From the NCBI RefSeq assembly GCF_000009045.1, contig NC_000964.3, forward strand, positions 1,426,001 through 1,490,000: a DNA stretch of 64,000 bases, read 5' to 3'. Below are positions 1 to 9,627 of the stretch, piece after piece. Source of the DNA: Bacillus subtilis subsp. subtilis str. 168. GTDB taxonomy: Bacteria > Bacillota > Bacilli > Bacillales > Bacillaceae. Position numbers and translations under genes: made by a program. A model generated the notes under the pieces. That model was not told the origin of the DNA. It saw only the letters and a list, made by a program, of their open reading frames with translations, and ran no database searches. Position 1 is the stretch's first letter, and each line of letters starts with the position of its first letter.

Positions 1-837
1 ATTTTAGTTCCCGATCCGGGTTATCCTGATTACTGGTCGGGTGTCACACTTGCAAAAGCAAAGATGGAAATGATGCCGCTCGTAAAGGACAGAGCGTTTC
101 TCCCTGATTACAGCAGCATAACCGCTGAAATAAGGGAACAGGCGAAATTGATGTATTTGAATTATCCGAATAATCCGACTGGAGCTGTTGCTACTTCCGA
201 GTTCTTTGAAGATACCGTGCGTTTTGCGGCTGAAAACGGAATCTGCGTCGTTCACGATTTTGCTTACGGCGCTGTAGGATTTGACGGCTGCAAGCCTTTA
301 AGCTTTTTGCAGACTGAAGGTGCGAAGGATATCGGAATTGAAATTTACACGCTGTCAAAAACGTATAATATGGCAGGATGGCGGGTTGGCTTTGCCGTCG
401 GAAACGCTTCGGTCATTGAAGCGATCAATCTTTATCAAGACCATATGTTTGTCAGTCTTTTCAGAGCGACTCAGGAGGCTGCAGCAGAGGCACTGTTAGC
501 CGATCAGACGTGTGTGGCAGAGCAAAATGCCAGGTATGAGAGCAGGAGAAACGCTTGGATCACGGCATGCCGGGAAATCGGCTGGGATGTAACAGCTCCC
601 GCAGGTTCTTTTTTTGCATGGCTGCCTGTGCCTGAAGGCTATACTTCTGAGCAGTTCTCAGATCTTTTGCTGGAAAAAGCGAATGTGGCAGTTGCGGCTG
701 GAAACGGCTTCGGTGAATATGGCGAGGGCTACGTCAGAGTCGGACTTTTAACAAGTGAAGAAAGACTTAAGGAAGCCGCTTATCGAATTGGCAAACTGAA
801 CCTGTTTACCCAAAAAAGCATTGACAAGACCTTATAA
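1..837 (+). CDS. mtnE: PLP-dependent aminotransferase of methionine salvage (5' end outside window)
   Basis: Frame is open from base 1 (ILVPDPGYPDY...). Class I/II aminotransferase motifs NYPNNPTG and SKTYNMAGWRVG; lies beside mtnWXBD. Confidence 0.92.
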   Translation: MLVPDPGYPDYWSGVTLAKAKMEMMPLVKDRAFLPDYSSITAEIREQAKLMYLNYPNNPTGAVATSEFFEDTVRFAAENGICVVHDFAYGAVGFDGCKPLSFLQTEGAKDIGIEIYTLSKTYNMAGWRVGFAVGNASVIEAINLYQDHMFVSLFRATQEAAAEALLADQTCVAEQNARYESRRNAWITACREIGWDVTAPAGSFFAWLPVPEGYTSEQFSDLLLEKANVAVAAGNGFGEYGEGYVRVGLLTSEERLKEAAYRIGKLNLFTQKSIDKTL

Positions 838-849
838 CGATGGGATAAT
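821..849 (+). promoter_or_regulatory. sigma-A promoter of mtnWXBD
   Basis: TTGACA (821-826), 17 bp spacer, TG-n-GATAAT (841-849), just upstream of the riboswitch. Confidence 0.75.
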
Positions 850-875
850 TCAAAATAATTTATAAAATCTATATT

Positions 876-1030
876 TTCTTATCAAGAGCAGGCAGAGGGA
901 CGAGCCCGATGAAGCCCGGCAACCGACTTATAAAGCACGGTGCTAATTCTTGCAGCTAGCGGCTGAGAGATAAGATTCGGACGAGAAACGAAACCTCTTT
1001 AGACGCGATTGCAGTTTGAAGAGGTTTTTT
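876..1030 (+). ncRNA. SAM-I (S-box) riboswitch with terminator
   Basis: TTCTTATCAAGAG...GAGGGA...GCCCGATGAAGCCCGGCAACC...GGTGCTAATTC...GATAAGA core, then AAACCTCTT...AAGAGGTTTTTT terminator. Confidence 0.95.
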
Positions 1031-1060
1031 GATATGGATGAAAATGAAAGGAGCTCTGGC

Positions 1061-2278
1061 ATGAGTGAGTTATTAGCGACATATCTCCTGACCGAACCGG
1101 GAGCCGATACAGAGAAGAAAGCAGAACAAATCGCAACAGGATTGACAGTAGGCTCCTGGACTGATCTGCCCCTTGTAAAACAGGAGCAAATGCAAAAGCA
1201 CAAGGGGCGGGTGATAAAAGTTGAGGAGAGAGAGGGAACTGCTGCATCAGAAAAACAAGCGGTCATCACAATTGCCTATCCTGAAATCAATTTCTCTCAG
1301 GATATTCCGGCTTTGCTGACAACAGTGTTTGGCAAGCTGTCCCTGGACGGAAAAATCAAATTAATCGATCTTCACTTCTCTGAAGCATTTAAGCGTGCAC
1401 TGCCGGGACCGAAGTTTGGCGTATACGGCATCCGGAAGCTGCTGGGAGAGTTTGAGAGACCGCTGTTAATGAGCATATTTAAAGGCGTAATCGGAAGGGA
1501 CCTGAGTGATATTAAAGAACAGCTCCGGCAGCAGGCGCTTGGCGGAGTTGACTTGATTAAAGACGATGAAATTTTCTTTGAGACTGGTCTAGCGCCTTTT
1601 GAAACAAGAATTGCAGAAGGAAAGCAAATATTGAAAGAAACGTATGAACAAACCGGACATAAAACGCTGTATGCGGTGAATTTGACCGGACGTACGGCTG
1701 ATCTGAAAGACAAAGCGAGACGCGCCGCCGAATTGGGAGCGGATGCGCTTTTGTTTAATGTCTTCGCTTACGGCTTGGACGTTATGCAAGGCCTTGCAGA
1801 AGATCCTGAAATCCCAGTTCCGATTATGGCGCATCCAGCAGTGAGCGGAGCGTTTACGTCTTCTCCGTTTTACGGTTTTTCTCACGCTCTTTTACTCGGA
1901 AAATTAAACCGATATTGCGGTGCTGACTTCAGCCTCTTTCCGTCTCCATATGGTTCGGTTGCGCTTCCAAGAGCAGATGCACTGGCGATTCATGAAGAAT
2001 GTGTGAGAGAGGATGCTTTTAACCAAACATTTGCTGTTCCGTCAGCAGGCATTCATCCCGGCATGGTTCCGCTATTAATGCGTGATTTCGGCATAGACCA
2101 CATTATTAACGCCGGAGGAGGCGTACATGGACATCCGAACGGTGCCCAAGGCGGGGGGCGAGCGTTCAGAGCTATTATTGATGCGGTCCTAGAGGCCCAG
2201 CCGATTGATGAAAAAGCCGAACAATGCAAGGATCTTAAGCTTGCGCTAGATAAATGGGGAAAGGCTGAAGCCGTATGA
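1061..2278 (+). CDS. mtnW: 2,3-diketo-5-methylthiopentyl-1-phosphate enolase (RuBisCO-like protein)
   Basis: RuBisCO KDDE motif ([10 protein letters not shown]). RBS AAGGAG precedes ATG at 1061; the ORF-track start at 1016 lies inside the riboswitch terminator. Confidence 0.95.
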
Positions 2279-2982
2279 CGACTCGAAAACCTTTTATTAT
2301 TTGTGATTTTGACGGAACAATCACGATGAACGACAACATTATAAATATCATGAAAACATTTGCTCCCCCAGAGTGGATGGCATTAAAAGACGGCGTACTT
2401 TCCAAAACGCTGTCAATCAAGGAAGGTGTCGGGCGGATGTTCGGCCTTCTGCCCAGCAGTTTAAAAGAAGAGATTACAAGTTTTGTATTGGAAGATGCAA
2501 AAATCAGGGAAGGCTTTCGGGAATTTGTAGCATTTATCAATGAGCACGAGATTCCGTTTTATGTCATAAGCGGTGGAATGGACTTTTTTGTATATCCTTT
2601 GCTTGAAGGCATTGTGGAGAAAGACCGCATTTATTGCAACCATGCTTCATTTGACAATGACTATATCCATATTGACTGGCCTCATTCCTGCAAGGGCACA
2701 TGCAGCAATCAATGCGGGTGCTGTAAGCCGTCGGTCATCCATGAACTTTCTGAACCGAACCAATATATCATCATGATCGGTGATTCGGTTACAGATGTGG
2801 AGGCAGCAAAGCTGTCTGACCTATGCTTTGCAAGGGATTATTTATTAAACGAATGCCGGGAGCAAAACCTCAATCATCTTCCGTATCAAGATTTTTATGA
2901 GATCAGAAAGGAAATTGAGAATGTAAAGGAGGTACAGGAATGGCTGCAAAACAAGAACGCTGGCGAGAGCTCGCTGAAGTAA
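2275..2982 (+). CDS. mtnX: 2-hydroxy-3-keto-5-methylthiopentenyl-1-phosphate phosphatase (HAD family)
   Basis: CDFDGTIT and GDSVTD HAD motifs; overlaps the mtnW stop. Confidence 0.93.
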
Positions 2983-3569
2983 AACGGGAATTGGCAGAGA
3001 GAGATTGGTTTCCGGCGACTAGCGGCAATCTGTCAATTAAGGTTACAGATGAGCCTTTAACATTTCTCGTCACTGCAAGCGGAAAAGATAAACGCAAAGA
3101 GACGGTTGAAGATTTTCTGCTGGTCGATCAAAACGGAGAGCCTGCTGAAAGCGGGCATTCTCTGAAACCGTCAGCAGAAACGCTTTTGCATACACATTTG
3201 TACAATAAAACCAATGCCGGATGCTGCCTGCATGTCCATACGGTAAACAATAATGTGATTTCAGAGTTATACGGAGACCAAAAGAAAATCACATTCAAAG
3301 GCCAGGAAATTATAAAAGCACTCGGCTTGTGGGAAGAGAACGCAGAAGTGACCGTTCCGATTATAGAAAATCCGGCACATATCCCGACGCTAGCGGCACT
3401 GTTTGCGGAAGAGATTTCAGAAGATTCAGGAGCTGTTCTGATCCGAAATCATGGTATTACGGCTTGGGGGAAAACAGCATTTGAGGCAAAAAGAGTGCTT
3501 GAAGCGTATGAATTTTTGTTCAGCTACCATTTGAAATTGAAAACACTCGAGCATCAGCTGGTTAAATAA
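2940..3569 (+). CDS. mtnB: methylthioribulose-1-phosphate dehydratase
   Basis: Class II aldolase-like motifs ATSGNLS, LHVHT and LIRNHG. Confidence 0.93.
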
Positions 3570-3583
3570 AAGGAGGAATTGAA

Positions 3584-4120
3584 ATGGCTACAATTCGAAT
3601 TCATGATGAGGCAAATACAACGATTGAAAATCAAGAGGAAGTGGCAAGCTTTCTGGACAGTCAAGAGGTTATTTATGAGCAATGGGATATCACGAGGCTT
3701 CCGGAACATCTCTCAGAGAAATATGACCTGACAGAAGAAGAAAAACAGCAAATTCTTGATACCTTCGAAACTGAAATTAAAGATATCTCAACCCGCCGCG
3801 GCTATAAAGCACAGGATGTTATTTCATTGTCAGACAGCAATCCGAAACTTGATGAACTGCTTGAAAACTTTAAAAGAGAGCATCACCATACAGACGATGA
3901 GGTTCGTTTTATTGTAAGCGGACACGGTATTTTTGTCATTCAAGGCCAGGACGGCACGTTTTTTGATGTCCGTTTAAACCCTGGAGATTTAATCTCCGTG
4001 CCTGAGAATATCCGCCATTACTTCACGCTTCAGGAGGACCGCAAAGTTGTCGCGGTGAGAATTTTTGTCACAACTGAAGGCTGGGTTCCTATTTATGAAA
4101 AAGACAGCGTGAATCAATAA
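3584..4120 (+). CDS. mtnD: acireductone dioxygenase
   Basis: Cupin motif EHHHTDDEVR...GHG...HYF. Confidence 0.93.
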   Translation: MATIRIHDEANTTIENQEEVASFLDSQEVIYEQWDITRLPEHLSEKYDLTEEEKQQILDTFETEIKDISTRRGYKAQDVISLSDSNPKLDELLENFKREHHHTDDEVRFIVSGHGIFVIQGQDGTFFDVRLNPGDLISVPENIRHYFTLQEDRKVVAVRIFVTTEGWVPIYEKDSVNQ

Positions 4121-4129
4121 GCGTGAGAT

Positions 4130-4157
4130 AGCCCCGTTCATCGAACGGGGCTTTTTA
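4130..4157. terminator. intrinsic terminator between mtnD and ykvA
   Basis: AGCCCCGTTC-ATC-GAACGGGGCT followed by a T-tract. Confidence 0.85.
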
Positions 4158-4160
4158 TAT

Positions 4161-4481
4161 TTATTGCAAACGCCACTTTTCATATTGTGACAGTTCTTTT
4201 TTAATCAGTGTCCAAATCAAACCTAAAACAGCTGCATCGTCAATGAATCCAAGACCGAGGATTACGTCTGGAATGATATCGAGCGGCATGACGATATACA
4301 GGATTGCGGCAGTTAACAGCAAAAGTGTTTTAACCTGTGAACGAGGGTAGTCGCCATTTCGCCAATCGCGAAGCATCTGAAAAAAAGTAGTGATGTGCTG
4401 GATACATTTTTTTCGGTTTTTCCTCTTTAAAATCGCTTTTCCGCCTGCCGCTCCGAGCATTATTGCTTTCTTTTTCTTCAT
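4161..4481 (-). CDS. ykvA: YkvA/DUF1232-family small membrane protein
   Basis: RBS GGAGGT 7 nt before ATG 4481; YxxxPxDIIPDxIxGLGFIDD motif. Confidence 0.85.
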   Translation of the reverse strand: MKKKKAIMLGAAGGKAILKRKNRKKCIQHITTFFQMLRDWRNGDYPRSQVKTLLLLTAAILYIVMPLDIIPDVILGLGFIDDAAVLGLIWTLIKKELSQYEKWRLQ

Positions 4482-4683
4482 TGGGCATACCTCCTGCCTG
4501 GCGGCGTGTTTAAGATATTCTTCACCTGGGTATTGTTCTTCTAATCCTATCAATATATCTATTATACCTGAAAAATTAACTTATTTAATGAAAATATGTT
4601 TACAAATAAAGTATAATCTGTAATAATGCACAATAACCCAATCAAACTTGTTTCCTATTTCTTAGCGGCGAGGGGTGAAGTGA

Positions 4684-4941
4684 ATGGGCGGTTCTTCTGA
4701 ACAAGAAAGATTGTTGGTGTCTATTGATGAAAAAAGAAAGTTAATGATAGATGCCGCTAGAAAGCAGGGATTTACAGGGCATGACACGATCAGGCACAGT
4801 CAGGAGCTGGATTGTTTAATAAATGAATATCATCAGCTTATGCAAGAAAACGAACATTCCCAAGGGATTCAAGGCCTTGTAAAGAAATTAGGCTTGTGGC
4901 CCCGCAGAGATGTTATGCCAGCATATGATGCAAATAAATAG
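4684..4941 (+). CDS. spo0E: Spo0A~P aspartyl-phosphate phosphatase
   Basis: SQELD signature of the Spo0E family. Confidence 0.93.
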   Translation: MGGSSEQERLLVSIDEKRKLMIDAARKQGFTGHDTIRHSQELDCLINEYHQLMQENEHSQGIQGLVKKLGLWPRRDVMPAYDANK

Positions 4942-5026
4942 CGGCCTATCAGATGCATATATAAAGAGAGAGCTTTTCGGAAGCGCTCTTTTTTTCTGGA
5001 AAAAATTCATATGAAAGAGGGAACTA

Positions 5027-5458
5027 ATGAAGGAACTGGCGATTCTCATTACCGAAATGGTCAATCAATTTCATGATGCTTTTATTTCCTTATGCGGAAT
5101 ATTTGGCATTCATTTAACTGACAAAGAAATGCATTTTTGGGTGATCGGCATTTTTGGCATATTCTTTTTCGGCGTCACTCACGCTGTGTTTACATGGCTT
5201 TCTAAATGGAGTATGACAGCCTTGTCCTTTATCTATACCGTTACAGTCATCATTGTCATCGTATTTGCGATTGAGATTCAGCAAAAGGTGACGGGGAGAG
5301 GGAATATGGAGTTTTTAGATGCCACGGAAGGTATAAAGGGTTTTTTAGTATTTTTTATGTTTTTTTTGCTTTTGAAAATGCTGTTGCGTTTCATCAAAAT
5401 CCTTTTTTCTGGAAGACCAGCAAGCAAATCGAATGGCAATGCCCGATCACGAAGATAA
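5027..5458 (+). CDS. eag: small membrane protein of unknown function
   Basis: Three hydrophobic segments; position downstream of spo0E. Confidence 0.8.
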
Positions 5459-5485
5459 AAAACCCTCCTGACATGGTCAGGGGGG

Positions 5486-7006
5486 CTATGATGCGGATAC
5501 GGGGAGGGTGATCGTCACCTCTGTGCCTCTTCGCACTTCACTTTCAATATGAATAGAGCCTCCGTACATCAGCACGATCCGTTTACAAACAACAAGGCCG
5601 AGACCGGTTCCTTTTTCTTTAGAAGTAACAAAGGGAAGGAAGATGTGATCCAGCATTTCCTGAGAAATCCCTTCACCGTTATCCACAACTTTGATTATGG
5701 CTTTTTTATCTAAAGCTCCTAGGGAGATCGTCAGTTTGCCTCCTTCAGGCATTGACTCGAGGCCATTTTTTGCTACATTTAAAATCACTTGTTTAATATG
5801 ATCTTTTGTACATTTTACGAGTAAGGGCTGCTCGGTTAGATACTGTAATTCGACTTCAACATTGTATAGATTGCCCTCAGAATAAATGATCGGCATAATT
5901 TCTCCGATAATGTCCTGAAGTGAGTTCAGCTCCCATTTTTCAGCTGTCGGCTTGCCGAGAACGAGAAACTCACTCACTATTTGATTGATGCGCTTTATCT
6001 CCTGTTCGATAATGGAGAAGTAAAGCTGATCTTCCTCACCTTTATATTTCTTTTGCAACAGCTGAATAAAGCCGCTTATCCCGGTGAGGGGGTTACGGAT
6101 TTCATGGGCTGTGCTGGCAGCAAGCGTCCCGATCAGCTCTAATTTTTGCGCCTCGTTTTCTGAGCGCTCCAGCTGGGTCTGCCGCTTCAGCAAATAATAC
6201 AGCACGAGAATAAAAAGGATATTCAGCAGAACAATAATACATGAAAGCGGAAGCACAAGGCTTTTCGACAGTTCTTCTATTGTGACCGGGTTCGGATAGA
6301 CTTTCATATTCCAGCTGATATCATCCAGATATCCGCTGACAGGTTTCTGATCCTCTGCATGAGAGGCTTGTCCGCTCGCAAAAATCATTTTCCCGTCTTG
6401 GTTCACAACTTCAATATAAACATCAGGGCTTAGTAAGTTAATGAGATTTTTCAAATAATCAATTTGAATAGCTGCGACAAGATAATCTGTCACATTACGT
6501 TTTGAGTCCAAAACAGGCACACAAATTGTGAAAATTGGCTGACCAGTAATTCTGCTCGAATAACTATCTGAAATGACTGTCTTTTTAGTTTCCTTTGCTT
6601 TTATAAAAAAAGATCTGTCGGCCAGGTTTACTTTCGTTTTTAATTCGGTTGTGCTTGCGGTGACGTCTCCTTTGGCATTGAGAAAATAGAGACCGGAAAA
6701 TCTCGGCTCTGAATCAAAGGTCTTTTCCAAAATTGATTGCATTTTCTTTATATCAACCGGTCTGTCGATGGCGATGGACAAGGAGGTCATTCTCGCCATT
6801 GTTTCTCCGATTAAATAATTGATTTTGTTGCGGTGAAGGTTTAGCAGGACACTTGCTTCTTGTTTATGTTCTGCAGCTATTGTATCTTTTTCTTTTTCAT
6901 ATACGAAAAAGCTGATGACGATTGCCGGAATCACGACCAGTATGATATAAAGTTTGACTCTCCCGCAGGCGCCTTTTAGTATTTTCAATTTGCATCGCTC
7001 CAACAT
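5486..7006 (-). CDS. kinD: sensor histidine kinase (Cache-type sensor)
   Basis: Two TM segments, H-box AHEIRNPL, N box, G boxes (DNGEG, GTGLGL). Confidence 0.93.
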   Translation of the reverse strand: MLERCKLKILKGACGRVKLYIILVVIPAIVISFFVYEKEKDTIAAEHKQEASVLLNLHRNKINYLIGETMARMTSLSIAIDRPVDIKKMQSILEKTFDSEPRFSGLYFLNAKGDVTASTTELKTKVNLADRSFFIKAKETKKTVISDSYSSRITGQPIFTICVPVLDSKRNVTDYLVAAIQIDYLKNLINLLSPDVYIEVVNQDGKMIFASGQASHAEDQKPVSGYLDDISWNMKVYPNPVTIEELSKSLVLPLSCIIVLLNILFILVLYYLLKRQTQLERSENEAQKLELIGTLAASTAHEIRNPLTGISGFIQLLQKKYKGEEDQLYFSIIEQEIKRINQIVSEFLVLGKPTAEKWELNSLQDIIGEIMPIIYSEGNLYNVEVELQYLTEQPLLVKCTKDHIKQVILNVAKNGLESMPEGGKLTISLGALDKKAIIKVVDNGEGISQEMLDHIFLPFVTSKEKGTGLGLVVCKRIVLMYGGSIHIESEVRRGTEVTITLPVSAS

Positions 7007-7198
7007 ACACCTGATTAGAGGTATTATATCATTGTTTCTTCTTCTTTAATAAGAAAAAATAACCAAAAAAATTAGAAAAAGATGTTGGCAAGCTTACATT
7101 TTAAAAAAGAAGAGAAATATTGGAAAGATTTTTATTGACATTTTGGTCTTTGTTTATTAATGTTTCTCTGTAACGGTTTCTAAAAGGATGATTGAGAC

Positions 7199-7636
7199 AT
7201 GACAGAAAAATCACTGAAGTTATTTATCGTGCTGTCGCGCGCGTATCGGTCTATTAACGATCATATGAATAAGCATATTCATAAGCATGGGCTGAATCCG
7301 ACTGAATTTGCTGTGCTAGAGCTTTTGTACCATAAAGGCGATCAGCCGCTGCAGCAGATAGGAGATAAAATTCTCTTGGCTAGCGGGAGCATCACATACG
7401 TTGTAGATAAGCTGGAGCAAAAAGAACTTCTCATTCGGAAAGCGTCTCCTACAGACAGACGAGTGACATTTGCGCAAATTACTGAAAAAGGCATCGGTCT
7501 TTTGAACGATATTTTCCCTGATCACGCTGCTGAAATTGATGAAATGATCAGCGTATTAAGCGAAGAAGAGGTAGAGATGTGCACCGAAATGTTAAAAAGA
7601 GTAGGATTAAACGCAAAACAGTTTCATAATAAGTAA
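7199..7636 (+). CDS. mhqR: MarR-family repressor of the quinone response
   Basis: MarR wHTH (LEQKELLIRK...DRR); recognised sequence. Confidence 0.88.
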   Translation: MTEKSLKLFIVLSRAYRSINDHMNKHIHKHGLNPTEFAVLELLYHKGDQPLQQIGDKILLASGSITYVVDKLEQKELLIRKASPTDRRVTFAQITEKGIGLLNDIFPDHAAEIDEMISVLSEEEVEMCTEMLKRVGLNAKQFHNK

Positions 7637-7675
7637 AAAAAGGAAGCCTGATATGTCACAAGGCTTCCTTTTTTG

Positions 7676-8461
7676 CTATTTTTCATTTGTTTCCGCTGCG
7701 CCTCTCGGCAAAATGAGAACTTCAACCCGCCGGTTTTTGCTTCGGCCTTCCGCAGTTTTATTGGAAGCCACCGGTTTATACTCGCCATAACCCTTGGCGC
7801 TGAACACTTTTGCATCGAGCTTGGGGTTTTCAATCAGGAGCCCCATAAAGTTTACCGCTCTCATGACGCTTAAATGCCAGTTTGATTGGAATTCAGAATT
7901 TTTAATTGGCATATTATCAGTATGTCCGCTGATAATGATATTTCTTGGCGGGTTAATCACAAGAAGATTTGAAATCTCTTTTGCAAGCGGCACATCTTCC
8001 TTACGGATGGTCGCTTTTCCAGAATCGAAGAAGATGCTGTCTTTAATCGTAATCAGAAGGCCTTCACTAGTCATCTTCGTCTCCAGCTGATGTTCCAGCT
8101 TTTTATCTTTGATGAACTTTTCCACCTGGCTCTTCACATTTTCAAGTTCTTCTTGATCAGCTGCTTTTTCTTTTTCTTTCTTGTTTTTCTCTTTCTCTTC
8201 TTTTTCCTTTTTCACTTCATCGATGCCGTCTGACTCGTTTTCAGGAGGAGTGACACTGGAGTAGTCCAGTACACCGGTTCCGCCTGTAAAAACTTCATTA
8301 AATGATTTTGAGAGCATTTGAAACTTAGCTGCGTCAATCGAGCTGCTCGCGTACAGCACAATAAACAATGCCAGGAGAAGAGTAAGGATGTCGGCGTAAG
8401 GAACGAGCCATGATTCATCAACGTGCTCGTCCTCATGCTTCTTCTTCTTTTTTCTCGCCAT
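7676..8461 (-). CDS. motB: flagellar stator protein MotB
   Basis: WLVPYADILTLLLALF TM motif plus OmpA-like domain (GHTD, NWHLS, NRRVE). Confidence 0.96.
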   Translation of the reverse strand: MARKKKKKHEDEHVDESWLVPYADILTLLLALFIVLYASSSIDAAKFQMLSKSFNEVFTGGTGVLDYSSVTPPENESDGIDEVKKEKEEKEKNKKEKEKAADQEELENVKSQVEKFIKDKKLEHQLETKMTSEGLLITIKDSIFFDSGKATIRKEDVPLAKEISNLLVINPPRNIIISGHTDNMPIKNSEFQSNWHLSVMRAVNFMGLLIENPKLDAKVFSAKGYGEYKPVASNKTAEGRSKNRRVEVLILPRGAAETNEK

Positions 8462-9245
8462 TTTGCGCCTCTCCTTGTTCTGCAAATTTCAAGCGGTCCT
8501 TCGCAGGAAGATACATTAAAAGCTTTTGTTCGATGACTTTCGGTGCTTGTCCTTCTAAAACGGATAAAACACCTTCAATCATGACCTCACGCAGTTTTAC
8601 TTCCTGTTTTGATTTTCGTTTTAATTTATTTGCGAAAGGATGCCATAACACATACCCTGTAAAGATACCGAGAAGTGTGGCAACAAAGGCAGCACTGATG
8701 GCGTGTCCAAGCTCATCTGTGTTATCCATATGAGAGAGAGCGGCAATCAGCCCGATTACAGCGCCGAGTACTCCAAGTGTCGGAGCGTACGTTCCTGCTT
8801 GTGTAAAAATAGCGGCTCCTGCTTGGTGCCTGTCCTCCATTGCTTCGACTTCCTCTGTCATAATATCTCTTATAAATTCCGCGCTTTGCCCGTCAACAGC
8901 CATGCTGAGCCCGTTTTTCAAGAAAGCATCATCTACATCCTCAATGCTTGCTTCTAAAGCAAGCAGACCTTCGCGGCGTGCAAGCTGAGCCCATTCAGAG
9001 AACATAGGAATGAGTTCCTCTATTGTGAGCTGTTTATTTTCCTTAAATAACACTCGAAACAGCGTAGGCACTTTTTTAATTTCTTTTGTTGGGAACGCAA
9101 TAACGACTGCTGAGATTGTCCCGGCGATAATAATTAAAATGGCAGCGGGGTTTGCAAGGGCGCTGAAACTGACGCCTTTCAGAACCATCCCGACGCTCAA
9201 TGCCACAAAAGCAAGAATAATACCGATTAACGAAGTTTTATCCAT
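8433..9245 (-). CDS. motA: flagellar stator protein MotA
   Basis: MDKTSLIG start; APTLGVLGAVIGL and ATLLGIF motifs. Confidence 0.96.
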   Translation of the reverse strand: MDKTSLIGIILAFVALSVGMVLKGVSFSALANPAAILIIIAGTISAVVIAFPTKEIKKVPTLFRVLFKENKQLTIEELIPMFSEWAQLARREGLLALEASIEDVDDAFLKNGLSMAVDGQSAEFIRDIMTEEVEAMEDRHQAGAAIFTQAGTYAPTLGVLGAVIGLIAALSHMDNTDELGHAISAAFVATLLGIFTGYVLWHPFANKLKRKSKQEVKLREVMIEGVLSVLEGQAPKVIEQKLLMYLPAKDRLKFAEQGEAQNGEKKEEEA

Positions 9246-9286
9246 AGTTTTCACCAAATCCTTTTTTACTAGCTTGTCTATGGTTA

Positions 9287-9313
9287 ATATCGGTTTTGGT
9301 GCCCGGAACTTTA
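9287..9313 (-). promoter_or_regulatory. sigma-D promoter of motAB
   Basis: TAAA-15 bp-ACCGATAT on the minus strand. Confidence 0.85.
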
Positions 9314-9370
9314 GGGACATTGTGAATTTGTTCATGAAATATTCAAGGAAGAGGCATAGAAGGGAGAAAT

Positions 9371-9405
9371 AAACAAAAACGGGCTCTCCAAAATTGAAAA
9401 GCCCG
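9371..9405 (-). terminator. intrinsic terminator upstream of the motA promoter
   Basis: Minus strand CGGGCUUUUCA-AUUU-UGGAGAGCCCG (11 bp including G-U pairs) followed by UUUUUGUUU. Confidence 0.7.
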
Positions 9406-9419
9406 GGGGTCTACTGAAA

Positions 9420-9497
9420 TTAGCAGCTTGCTTGCAAGCTGTCCTTCAGATGGTATTCATATAATAGTAGAAATACATATTCACTGTATATAAACAT
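9420..9497 (-). CDS. candidate 25-aa small protein (MFIYSEYVFLLLYEYHLKDSLQASC)
   Basis: AAGGAGG 8 nt before ATG; terminator 15 nt after the stop; no promoter identified. Confidence 0.4.
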   Translation of the reverse strand: MFIYSEYVFLLLYEYHLKDSLQASC

Positions 9498-9589
9498 GTT
9501 CCATCCCTCCTTAAAAAAGTGTAAAGGATGAAGGGAAGTAGCGCTTCAGGAGAAGGGACGGTAATTTCTAAGTCAAGAGTATGAAAGTA

Positions 9590-9625
9590 TAAAAAAAAGC
9601 GGCTTCCTAAAAGGAAACCGCTGAT
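9590..9625 (-). terminator. clpE terminator
   Basis: AGCGGTTTCC-TTTTA-GGAAGCCGCT followed by a T-tract on the minus strand. Confidence 0.8.
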
Positions 9626-9627
9626 TG

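Noticed and set aside
1016-1060. N-terminal extension of mtnW in the ORF track
   Set aside because: Lies in the SAM riboswitch terminator; the RBS supports ATG 1061.
1061-2278. RuBisCO-like protein as carbon fixation
   Set aside because: Known methionine-salvage enolase in a SAM-controlled operon; no small subunit or phosphoribulokinase.
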